From: an uncultured Nitrososphaerota archaeon
GTDB taxonomy: Archaea; Asgardarchaeota; Njordarchaeia; Njordarchaeales; Panguiarchaeaceae
Reading direction: 5' to 3'
DNA: 64,000 nucleotides
Assembly: GCA_964636085.1 (NCBI GenBank)
Contig: CAZWPQ010000002.1
Location: 9,481-73,480, forward strand
The first letter of the stretch is position 1; each line of letters opens with the position of its first letter. Made by a program: the position numbers and the translations under genes. The notes under the pieces were generated by a model. That model did no database searches. It had not been told where the DNA came from and saw nothing but the letters and a program-made list of their open reading frames with translations. Shown here one piece after another: positions 36,269-46,000 of this stretch.

Positions 36269-36688
36269 GTGGAGATAAATCTCTTGCCGCTGGTTGGATG
36301 TGAAAAACTAGAGGAACTATGGTTAAGTGGTAATCAGCCTAGGAGAGCTGTTCTTGCACCAATTAAGAGCCTTAAGCTATTAGCTCTAGACAGGAATCGC
36401 TTGACAAAAATAGATCTTTCTCCATTGTCTGGATGCAAAAAACTGGAAAAATTATTCCTATCACATAATCAACTTGAGCATATTGATCTATCTCCGCTTT
36501 CAAGCCTTAAAAACCTTAAAAGTCTGACACTACAACATAACAATTTAAAGAAGATAGATCTATCTCCTGTCGCCCATATTAGGGGACTCGTAATTGAGGC
36601 TGATTGTCATGCTAAGCTCTATGGTGCGAATGTAGAGCTTGTAATGAGAAATATATTTTTTAGATTTTGTAAATATAGGGTAATCTAA
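36269..36688 (+). CDS. Short leucine-rich-repeat protein (about 5 LRRs), possibly a gene fragment
   Basis: The repeats are LEELWLSGNQ..., LKLLALDRNRLTKIDLSPLSGCKKLEKLFLSHNQLEHIDLSPLSSLKNLKSLTLQHNNLKKIDLSP. It has a GTG start 9 nt after an in-frame stop and no flanking domains. Confidence 0.7.
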   Translation: MEINLLPLVGCEKLEELWLSGNQPRRAVLAPIKSLKLLALDRNRLTKIDLSPLSGCKKLEKLFLSHNQLEHIDLSPLSSLKNLKSLTLQHNNLKKIDLSPVAHIRGLVIEADCHAKLYGANVELVMRNIFFRFCKYRVI

Positions 36689-36778
36689 CCGCAGAAAGCA
36701 AAAAATTTGTGGCTAGAGTATAGGTAGATATTCGGACTACCTTTAACCTTTTAAATAAAAAATATTTTTATTCTAGTT

Positions 36779-39700
36779 TTGACTACGAAAGCCTTAATTC
36801 TTGGGGCTTTTCGTAGTCAAGAAGATTCGATGGTGAAGAGTTTGAGAAAGTATAATCAATATTTGTGTTCTCTAATAATTGTCGCTATGTTGGCTACGTA
36901 TGGTGTATATGGTAGTGTGATGAGGATCGCGAATGATGCAAATAGTAGGACTACTACTGCTCATGGGTCGAGTGCCAATAACATGGGTATAATGGAGCAT
37001 AAGCTTGTGATCGGTTATGATGCTACCTTCAGAAACTGTATAATAAATGGGACAGTGGAGATTAGAAACGGATCGAGAGTAATGTTCGAAAATGTAACAT
37101 TCTATGCCGAATCCCTATACTATTGGGTTGAGGGGAGAGAAAAGGGCTTTATAGAGGTCTATGACACTGCGGAGGTAATGATCAAAAATTCAAGGATTAT
37201 AGCTACTTCGTGGTCCCCGCGAATATATGTCTATAATACATCAGGAATCACAATCGATAACGTGAGTATATACTCAACAATGGGAGGGATCAATATATAT
37301 GCATATGGGGACTCAAGTGTAAATATCTATGATTGTAATGCCAGCACAACATTATACATATTCCTTCGTGACTATGCAGCGGCGATTGTGATTAACTCCT
37401 CAATATGGCAGATACTCGCATACGATAATTCGGGCGTATACCTATACGAGAGCATTAATAACACATATATAGAAACACATGATTCCTCATTACTTTATGT
37501 ATTCGGAGCAAAAATGGGGTATGGCGACTATATAAGTGCGGGGGATAATAGCCATGTAGAAATTATAAACACTGTTTTTTCAAGCGGAGGAATAGCCTGT
37601 GATGGACATGCAAGCGTTCAAGCTACACAATCAGTATTGGACTATATAGTTGCGGAGGACGCGGCTAATGTCTCGCTTGTAAATACAAACGTATCAAATC
37701 TCTGGGCATACGATCACGCAGACCTGCATATCAGTGGTGGATACTTTAATTGGATAGATCTATATCATGTTCCTATGGCCGGAGAAGAAGCAATGCTGGG
37801 TCCAGGAGGGGAAATTAAAGATGCGACCATCACAACGCTACATACATCCTCTGCAAGGATAATAAGACTTATTAACTGTTATGTCTCATCGCTTTATTAT
37901 CTCGACATATTTAATGGCTCTTATGCATATGTATACGTTGGTGGCTATATATACGATAGTGCATACCCGAATTATGAGGCGTTAGGATCAACAATAGTCA
38001 ATACTTATCATATATCAGGCGTGGCCGTTGGAAATAATGTAGACCTATTTGTGATCCATAGACCCATGAATCAAATCGTGGCTTTCAATGTAGACAGGCT
38101 TGAAATATACAATATTACTGACACTGGTAGCGTTATTGCGTTATACACGAACTGCTATATATATAATATAAGTGTTTATGATGTAGAATTTGCCTTTTAC
38201 GGGAGCAATGTAACAATAAATAACCTAACATATAAGACTTCTGGCTTTTATTTCTCGTTTCTGGCCAGGGATTCAAACATAACCATATACGACTCCAACA
38301 TAGAGTACATGGATATTAGTATCTATGATTCGAAGGTATCGTTTAGGTCAGTTTTGATAAACAACTCCTATTTATTGATCGAAAACTCTAGTGGGACACT
38401 GGACTGCATAATGGATTCCACGATTCCTGATCTCTCAGATAGTGATATAGTTTTCAACAACTCGGTTATTTCTTCGACACTACATATTTATAGGTCTAAG
38501 GTAGGTCTAATAAACACGACGCTATATGATGTGATAATAGATGAGGTTCGCCTTGCCGACGGCGTTTTCAACATGACTGATGGAGTTATAATTTCCTACA
38601 CCGTGGATATAATAAGTGGTCTATATGAAATAGAACCCTCCAATATTTATAGTGGATATATTTCTATTGACTACTTCGTACTTGATAATGCTTCTCTAGA
38701 GATAGATACCTATACGATCAATGTAATAATGGGGGGATATGTGGATATAGATCTCTATAATTCCTCTAAGTTGTATCTAATAAATGTATCTGCCGTTTAT
38801 CCAAGAGAGGTATGCATCAATGTGTATAATGACTCTGCAATATATCTCTTCGATTCGGATGTCTACACTATATATGCTGAGGGGGATGTCTATATTGAGA
38901 ACACAGGCGTGAACCAAATTGATATTCATAACTCGGACATAGAAATTTTCCACTCCCAAATCTCTGAATTGGAGATGGATAGCTCACGCCTCGTTGCGAA
39001 CTATACCAACTTTTCAGAAATAGAGATAATGTCAGGAGAGGTTATGCTTGATTCATGTTATGTTGATGATATGGGTGGTGGCGACTTGTTTGCATTCATG
39101 TTAAATGGAACGATCTGTGATGCCAACATAACCATATTAAACTCAAATGTCTCTGGATATCATGCACTCCTAGGAGGCAATCTAACGATTAAAAACTCGA
39201 ATGTTTCCGAGATATTTGCAGCATATCAATGGGTGGATATATATGACTCAAATATAGGATTCGCCCTAAATGTAAGCCTATTTACATCGGGATCCGCAAC
39301 CATAAGCAACAACGTGATCACGTCAGGGACATATATGGTTCTACTCCATAAGTATGGTACAACAGTCATAGGAAGCATGGGTTATGCTATTTCAATACTG
39401 CAAGATCCAGATGAACCACTTGTGGATTTAAGTATAGAAAATACTTTTGCTTACCCAGTAGTGGTTGCGCTGGGAGGGAGATTAGATATCGACAACTCGA
39501 TGTTTATGATTGTATTTGTAAATACAGATACAGATTTTAGAGCCACAAATTCCATCATTAATGCCTCAGAAATGGAGGAAGTCCCAGTAATTTTGGTGGC
39601 GAGTACACTCTACATGGATAATGTAACAATAATCTCAGAGATGCTTATACTTGCGGCATCGAATGATGCACAAATCCTCAACTCGGGATTTAATGTTGAT

Positions 39701-40957
39701 GGTATATACATATATAATACAACAATAACAATCACAAATACCGACGTAACGCCCTTTGCAGATCCAGATGGAACAGTCATTGCGAATTCCTACGTCTCTG
39801 TGGAGTATTCGACAATACTTGCAGCAACGTTATATGAATCCACACTTCATCTAAACGTAGTGAATGTCATTGACGCCAATGTAGAGGGTATTGTATTGTC
39901 CGAGGGATCCGTGCTGGATGGGGATAGTGTGAATGCATCAAATATACTAGCAGCCTACATGTTCAAGTATTACTTCATGATATTTACGATGGTCTCCACA
40001 TACGATATCCCGGTAAGAAATATAGATGTTCATCTCGTAAACTCTAGGATAATGGAGGGATACATCAAATATTATGTGGTTGATAATCCACTCGGCGCTG
40101 AATTTGATAACGAAACAATAATGGGTTCATATAGTACTTTAACAAACTACTCAAACTCATACACGACAGGCGCGGTACCATATTTCGTTTTCAGAATCTC
40201 TGGGAGTGGACATGCCAACATAACTAATTACAGGGGAGGAAATATAATACACTCCATAATGATCATGGCTACCCGGGACATTTCGCCGCCAGAAATAGCT
40301 GCACTTAATGCCAGTACGATAGAATATGAGTATGGGCTAGAGAGGAAGTTGTGCTATGTGCTGAATGACGAGACGCCAACGAATTATAAGGTCTCTATCA
40401 ATGATACAATCATCGAAACCGGCATATATACAAGTGGATATACGCTATGTGTGGACCTTGCCACATACATAACTTCTCCTGGTTATTATGTCGTTAAAGT
40501 ATATGCCTATGATAGTGACCTAAATAGTGTATATACAACAACTTATGTTCGTGTACATCCCGCAGAGGCACCACTTATAACACTGGAGCCTAAGGATAAT
40601 TACACGATTAATGTAGGTGAAGGAATAATACTTAACTGGTCGGCGACAGATCTTTCCCCCGATTTATATCAAATTATTGTCAATGGATCAAAGGTGGAGG
40701 AAAAATCTTGGGCGTCTGGCGAGGTAATATCGTATGAATATCAGGCAGAAGATGTTGGGAAGGTCAATATAACCATAGTATTCCAAGACCAGCTAGGGCT
40801 AAAGTCTACAGATACTGTAATTCTAAATGTCACCAAGGCAACAACCACAAAGAAACCTATAACTTATATTGCCATAGGTGCCATAGCTTTTCTTGCTTTG
40901 GTAGTCGCCATAATATTACTAAAGAGGAAAGGAAAACCTATGAAGGAGGAGGAATAG
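36779..40957 (+). CDS. Giant surface protein: signal peptide, about 1150 aa of degenerate short repeats consistent with a parallel beta-helix, Ig-like modules, and a C-terminal TM anchor. The likely start is ATG 36830.
   Basis: Short units rich in N/S/T/I/Y/V recur with a period of roughly 20-25 aa (…VNIYDCNAS…, …ITIYDSNIEYMDISIYDSKVSF…, …IYLFDSDVYTIYAEGDVYIENTGVNQIDIHNSDIEIFHSQISELEMDSSRL…). There are many N-x-S/T sequons. The C-terminus is ITYIAIGAIAFLALVVAIILLKRKGK. Confidence 0.85.
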   Translation: MTTKALILGAFRSQEDSMVKSLRKYNQYLCSLIIVAMLATYGVYGSVMRIANDANSRTTTAHGSSANNMGIMEHKLVIGYDATFRNCIINGTVEIRNGSRVMFENVTFYAESLYYWVEGREKGFIEVYDTAEVMIKNSRIIATSWSPRIYVYNTSGITIDNVSIYSTMGGINIYAYGDSSVNIYDCNASTTLYIFLRDYAAAIVINSSIWQILAYDNSGVYLYESINNTYIETHDSSLLYVFGAKMGYGDYISAGDNSHVEIINTVFSSGGIACDGHASVQATQSVLDYIVAEDAANVSLVNTNVSNLWAYDHADLHISGGYFNWIDLYHVPMAGEEAMLGPGGEIKDATITTLHTSSARIIRLINCYVSSLYYLDIFNGSYAYVYVGGYIYDSAYPNYEALGSTIVNTYHISGVAVGNNVDLFVIHRPMNQIVAFNVDRLEIYNITDTGSVIALYTNCYIYNISVYDVEFAFYGSNVTINNLTYKTSGFYFSFLARDSNITIYDSNIEYMDISIYDSKVSFRSVLINNSYLLIENSSGTLDCIMDSTIPDLSDSDIVFNNSVISSTLHIYRSKVGLINTTLYDVIIDEVRLADGVFNMTDGVIISYTVDIISGLYEIEPSNIYSGYISIDYFVLDNASLEIDTYTINVIMGGYVDIDLYNSSKLYLINVSAVYPREVCINVYNDSAIYLFDSDVYTIYAEGDVYIENTGVNQIDIHNSDIEIFHSQISELEMDSSRLVANYTNFSEIEIMSGEVMLDSCYVDDMGGGDLFAFMLNGTICDANITILNSNVSGYHALLGGNLTIKNSNVSEIFAAYQWVDIYDSNIGFALNVSLFTSGSATISNNVITSGTYMVLLHKYGTTVIGSMGYAISILQDPDEPLVDLSIENTFAYPVVVALGGRLDIDNSMFMIVFVNTDTDFRATNSIINASEMEEVPVILVASTLYMDNVTIISEMLILAASNDAQILNSGFNVDGIYIYNTTITITNTDVTPFADPDGTVIANSYVSVEYSTILAATLYESTLHLNVVNVIDANVEGIVLSEGSVLDGDSVNASNILAAYMFKYYFMIFTMVSTYDIPVRNIDVHLVNSRIMEGYIKYYVVDNPLGAEFDNETIMGSYSTLTNYSNSYTTGAVPYFVFRISGSGHANITNYRGGNIIHSIMIMATRDISPPEIAALNASTIEYEYGLERKLCYVLNDETPTNYKVSINDTIIETGIYTSGYTLCVDLATYITSPGYYVVKVYAYDSDLNSVYTTTYVRVHPAEAPLITLEPKDNYTINVGEGIILNWSATDLSPDLYQIIVNGSKVEEKSWASGEVISYEYQAEDVGKVNITIVFQDQLGLKSTDTVILNVTKATTTKKPITYIAIGAIAFLALVVAIILLKRKGKPMKEEE
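36781..36818 (+). other. Hairpin (13-bp stem with one bulge) immediately upstream of the probable start of the 1392-aa gene
   Basis: GACTACGAAAGCC-(11 nt)-GGCT(T)TTCGTAGTC. It ends 12 nt before ATG 36830, from which a signal-like peptide (MVKSLRKYNQYLCSLIIVAMLATYGVYG) begins. Confidence 0.5.
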
Positions 40958-40970
40958 ACATATAAATATT

Positions 40971-40980
40971 CCTTTTTTAT
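40971..40980 (+). terminator. Oligo-T tract after the stop codon
   Basis: CCTTTTTTAT lies 14 nt after the TAG at 40955-40957. Confidence 0.4.
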
Positions 40981-41169
40981 TCAAATTCTTGTCTCTAATA
41001 TCACTAAATAACCCAATATTTTCTAATGAATTCTAATTATCTGTGGATAAACTAATTATATCTTAGAGCGTGTATGTAAAGGAGTCAATATATCTTTTTT
41101 TTTAAAAGAATATCATTATATATACATGCTAAATCTATCAAAATATGTATGCGTCTTAAGGGGAGCTAG

Positions 41170-42492
41170 ATGCGTGGGAGTCGAAAGTATTTTCTCATTC
41201 TCTTATTCGGCATTATATTAGTCTCGATAACATATGTTGAGGCCGCTAACGGCTATCCTGACTGGATAAAAAAAGGCACCTATGCCAAGTACTCAGGCAC
41301 TATATATGGTGGTGGTGAAGTAGAGGAAGAAGTAGAATTTATAAGTGACGTCTATGGCAGTAAGGTATTGGTTAAATACTACGTGAAAGAGGTTCTTGGT
41401 GGCATGACATGGTCAAATACCTCAATACTAGAGGTAGATGTCAATACGCGAGAAACAAATGTTACGATATTTGATCCATTTAGCGGTACAAATAAAACAG
41501 TATACTTCAACTTGTGGATAGAGCTGGATGTCGATGTAGGAGATTATGTCAATATCTCTATATGGACACTGAAGGTATCGTCTATTGGGGATAGGATAAA
41601 AGTTAAGGCATATTCATATAAAAGACAGACAATAAGGGTTTATGGTTCAGTTTATACATATTCTGGGTATAGTGTATATTGGGAACTATACTATGACAAA
41701 GACACGCATCTCCTCCTATACATTCATACTTGGTTCGAGTATGGCTCACAATCTGTTGATACTCTTGAAGTAGAACTTGTGGACACAAATGTACCTCTTC
41801 CTCCCCTTCAAATTAGTCAAACCGAATTGTCATGGTCAGCTATTAGCATGACGCTTGGTATAATTAGTGTTGCAGTAGTTATATATATGGGCACATTAAT
41901 TGGGGCTGTGGGATACGGAGCTATACCTGCTTATGGGGCGGGTTGTCCTAGGGAAGGTATGGAGGGAGGAGGCCCTGCGGTATCTGTGGATCCAGAGAGG
42001 GCCAGTAGGTTATCTGGTCTGAAAAAATTTGGTGATGACATTCTCGACAAATTATTTAGATTCGCAGCGAAAAAGGCAATAGAGCGAGGGTCAGAAGTCA
42101 GAGAGCCTGATTCAAAGAAAGTTACAGCATTTTTAGTTGTCTTGGCTGCGGTTATCGGAGGGCTACTTGGTGTATACTTTGGTTTTAAAGAAATCCGTAG
42201 TTTTATCTCACTCATAATGCCCTCCATAGGAGTAACACTTGGCATGCTTGGTTTTATTGTCATGATCCTACTATTTCTAGGATGCGCCCTTGGAGTATTT
42301 AGGTTCTGGAAACTCTACGTGCCAATACTATTGCTAATACTCACAGTACTGGAACTGATAGGCCTATTCTTCTCAACAATGACCCTTGTAAATATGTTGG
42401 GTATAATAGCTGTGGCAATCATCCTGCCACTGTATACTGTTGCCTTTCTTGCGGGGATAATGCTATTCTCAACAGTAATTCCCACACTATAA
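41170..42492 (+). CDS. Hypothetical membrane protein: signal peptide, an ectodomain of about 200 aa, a TM helix, a charged cytoplasmic linker and a C-terminal 4-TM bundle
   Basis: The N-terminal MRGSRKYFLILLFGIILVSITYVEA is signal-like. The TM is WSAISMTLGIISVAVVIYMGTLIGAV. The linker is ...SRLSGLKKFGDDILDKLFRFAAKKAIERGSEVRE. Four hydrophobic helices follow to the C-terminus. Confidence 0.8.
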   Translation: MRGSRKYFLILLFGIILVSITYVEAANGYPDWIKKGTYAKYSGTIYGGGEVEEEVEFISDVYGSKVLVKYYVKEVLGGMTWSNTSILEVDVNTRETNVTIFDPFSGTNKTVYFNLWIELDVDVGDYVNISIWTLKVSSIGDRIKVKAYSYKRQTIRVYGSVYTYSGYSVYWELYYDKDTHLLLYIHTWFEYGSQSVDTLEVELVDTNVPLPPLQISQTELSWSAISMTLGIISVAVVIYMGTLIGAVGYGAIPAYGAGCPREGMEGGGPAVSVDPERASRLSGLKKFGDDILDKLFRFAAKKAIERGSEVREPDSKKVTAFLVVLAAVIGGLLGVYFGFKEIRSFISLIMPSIGVTLGMLGFIVMILLFLGCALGVFRFWKLYVPILLLILTVLELIGLFFSTMTLVNMLGIIAVAIILPLYTVAFLAGIMLFSTVIPTL

Positions 42493-42496
42493 CCAA

Positions 42497-42509
42497 TTTT
42501 TCTTTTTTT
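42497..42509 (+). terminator. Oligo-T tract after the stop codon
   Basis: TTTTTCTTTTTTT begins 5 nt after the TAA at 42490-42492. Confidence 0.4.
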
Positions 42510-43099
42510 AACCTAATCCCTAGTATTCCTTATATTACCACTAAGAGAAGTTTATGTAGTGGGTTTGGGGTTCTTCTATTTGAGAAGAGATTCTTGGGTT
42601 GGCTTGTGTTATTTCAATTGTCGCTACGGCCTGTAGAAATTCTTCTGGTCTAAGTATTCTTACATATTTTGTACGTACTCTGAGTAGCTTTTCTTTGTAT
42701 CTTTTCATGATATATAACATATAAGTTGCAATAAATTACGAAGACATTCAATCTTAGGATTCTGTATGAGCTAGAACAATAGACGATTCTGTAGCCCTAC
42801 TCATAAATACGGCAATAAGAATCCATGATGTGCTCTTAGAAGTGCCGAAAACATACAGACGGATACATATGGTCCGTGTAAAACAATAAATTGATATTAC
42901 ATAAATTTCTAGGATCGTCGATGCTAAATAATTCGCGAAAAGTTTTACTGTATTAACACCAACATAGCTCGTCTATATATTCAATTTTTTCCTTTATATA
43001 TTCTTTTTGTATCTTAATCAAAACGCCCAATTAGAAATCGATCGCATAATGTCGGTTTCTAATTGGGTCCTAAACATAAAAACTGTGTGGGTGTAACTA

Positions 43100-46000
43100 T
43101 TGGTAAGGGGGAAGCTGGCCTGTCTATTATTAATATTGGCGATTTTGACGCCCAGACTAGTCGTTTTTAACGATTTTGATGGGGTTTCTAGTGTTGAGTC
43201 TAAAGGAACAGAGGACGATTTTGTTGACATATGTTTGTTCTACAGCGAGTATAATTCTCTACTTGGGAGATCATCCGAGAGACTGTACTTCAATATAAGG
43301 TACATATATCCACATGTTGACTTGTGTGGTGTGCGTAGTATTTATGATATAACGCTGAAAGCCGATGATTACGACATACTTATCTTGATGTTCAATACTA
43401 CACGGGACTCCGTTATCGTAGGTAATACACCACTATCATGGGGCGAATTTGTGGATTTTCTACGCATGTATCCTGATAAGGAAATCATACTCTTACTGGG
43501 CAACTCCTACATGCTGAATGAGACAAGCGATAATTGGCATTTTGAAAGCGTAGAATATGATAGTATCTATGCATATGAGACCTATGGCGTCTGGAAGGTT
43601 GCCAAGATATTCGAATCCCTAGGCCCAGAATATAAATGGTACGCATTAAAGTTGAAGGAGAGCGCGCTCAGCTATTACTTCGATAACATAGACAGAATAT
43701 TCGAATCAAAAATTACGCCATCACAAGTAATTGGAAGCAGGGATGAGGAGTATAGAAAGGCAAAAATAGAGGAATACCTAAGAGAACATCCCTCCTCCCT
43801 TAGGGTCAGGGTAGCCGATGAGAAAAACCCCAATGGCCCAATAATATACATTAGAAATTTTGCTAAGAATTCAGATGGATATGACTACTTACCATTCCCC
43901 AAGATGTCCGGGATTGCAAGTTCTATCGGGGATTTCATTGACGAGGTGCTGGGCTTCTTATCTGGCAATGGTTGTGATTTTCTAACAATAAATTTCTCGG
44001 TGATAGATCAAATCGTAGATGCATTTAAATCCGTATATGATTTTATTGGCGACCCCGCAAAAATGGGGGAGGGATCGCTGCTCAAGGGGTTCCTAGGCTC
44101 GCTGATGCAAGAGTTTCCATACATTGAGAACTATACAAAATACTTGGATCTTTTTATGGACGGCTTCTATGCCCTCAAGGGCGACATAAGTTCCATACTG
44201 GACTTCCTAATGGGGGCCATCGATCTAGTCTTTCCTTCGGGAACGGGAGTGGATGAGTATATAGAGCAATTAAAATCCATAGCGGGGGAGATATTATCCA
44301 TAACTGACCAAGTAATGAATCTTTACCAGAGAATCACCAGCAACAAAATTAGCATGGTTCTCCAGTATATAATGGGGAAAATCACCAATATTACGATCCA
44401 AGAATTCCTAAAAAACATGACTGGAATAACAGATTTTGACTCGCTATATAACAGATTGAGCTCACTGTTCTCCATTGGCATGCAGATATTTACACTCCAA
44501 AACATAACAGATTTCGCCTCAAAATTGTTCAAATTTATAACGGAGGACTTGAATATCTTTGATTATCCCGACATTGGCGACATAGCAGGAAAAATAAAGT
44601 CTATAATATCCCTAGCATTATCGTTTCTAGAGAAAGAAAAATCATCTCTATCGCAACTACTGAGGGACGCCATAACCTCATTCATAGGCGAGTCATATAT
44701 ATCGGACATAGAGAAAATGGTTGATGATATACTGGATGAAGTTGATGATGCCATAAAAGAGGCAGAATCTGATATAGAGGGCTTTAGGTCACGCATAGAG
44801 GACATCATAAACACTTATGTCTCTAATTTCCCCGATCTGGAAGAGGTAAGAGAGATACTAAGAGAAGTAATAACACTGATAACTGCGATCTCAAACCCCG
44901 GATTTGATATCTCAGAGGCTACTAGCCTCATAGAAATATTTGAGGATATACTAGAGACCTATCTTTCTGGATATGAGGATGATATCAATCGTTTATTCTT
45001 AATATTGAACTCCACTGTAATCCCAATAGGGCTTCTAAATGCTCCATCAAGACTACAGAAGGCATTTCTAAAACAATTAAACCCATTATTGGACATGCGG
45101 CAAAATGTCCTAAGATACCTAATAGAAACGGTAAAGAGAATAATAATGGATACGGAGGAGTACGTTCAGATAGAAGATGTGCTGAAGTACATAGAGAATG
45201 GAACAACAATAATCAGCGCAATACTTAACATAATCTCGGAGGTTAGGGAGAGACCATTCGATGGGATAACGTCGGCCCTAATGTTTGCTGCGTCCATCAC
45301 ACAGACCCAGTTATTTGGCAATATGACTATAGGAAATCTGACGACATTTCTAATGGCATTATTACCGGATCTAATGGGGCTAGATAGGGTACCATCTTTG
45401 GAGGAATGTAAGAATATGATAATCAATGCTCTAAGTGGATTTAGTTCTCAAATAAAAACCACGGTTATTACGCTATTCGAGTTCCTGTATGACATTAGAG
45501 AGGTTATGAGGAATGGAGTAAAATGGTTTACAACAAAGATACTCGATTGGGTGGCTGGATATGTAGCGGACTTTGTTTCAGATCTTGTTGGGGAGATAGA
45601 GGATATAATAGACCAGTATACGTTTCTTAATCTAGAGGGAGATATGAATTTTGGTTTTGCTGGGCTTGATGCTATTACATTTTCATACAAGATAGTTATA
45701 AGCGCTGGGGTCGACATTGATGAGTCTGGACTAACTAATGATATTAAGGACATGATATTGAGGGGTAAGTATTTAGACTTCTTGAACCCGATAAAGGTTT
45801 TCGAAACGTTGATAGGCCATGTAACAATAACGCCCATAATAGAGGCACAGATAAAGATGTCATCGATGGCTACGAATACAGATCTTCTAGGCGAAATTAT
45901 AGGTCTTCTAGGAGCGGATATAAGTATAGAAGGAGAGGCCAGATTTAAACTGGTATTGTTCTCATTCAAATCTGGTACCTTCGATATGAGCGAATTCCTA

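Noticed and set aside
42541-42708. A 55-aa minus-strand ORF (MKRYKEKLLRVRTKYVRILRPEEFLQAVATIEIT...) considered as a tyrosine-recombinase remnant marking a mobile island
   Set aside because: Only the short R.L.pEEf..l..a pattern is reminiscent of integrases. There are no catalytic R-H-R-Y residues and no flanking att-like repeats. This is too weak to call.
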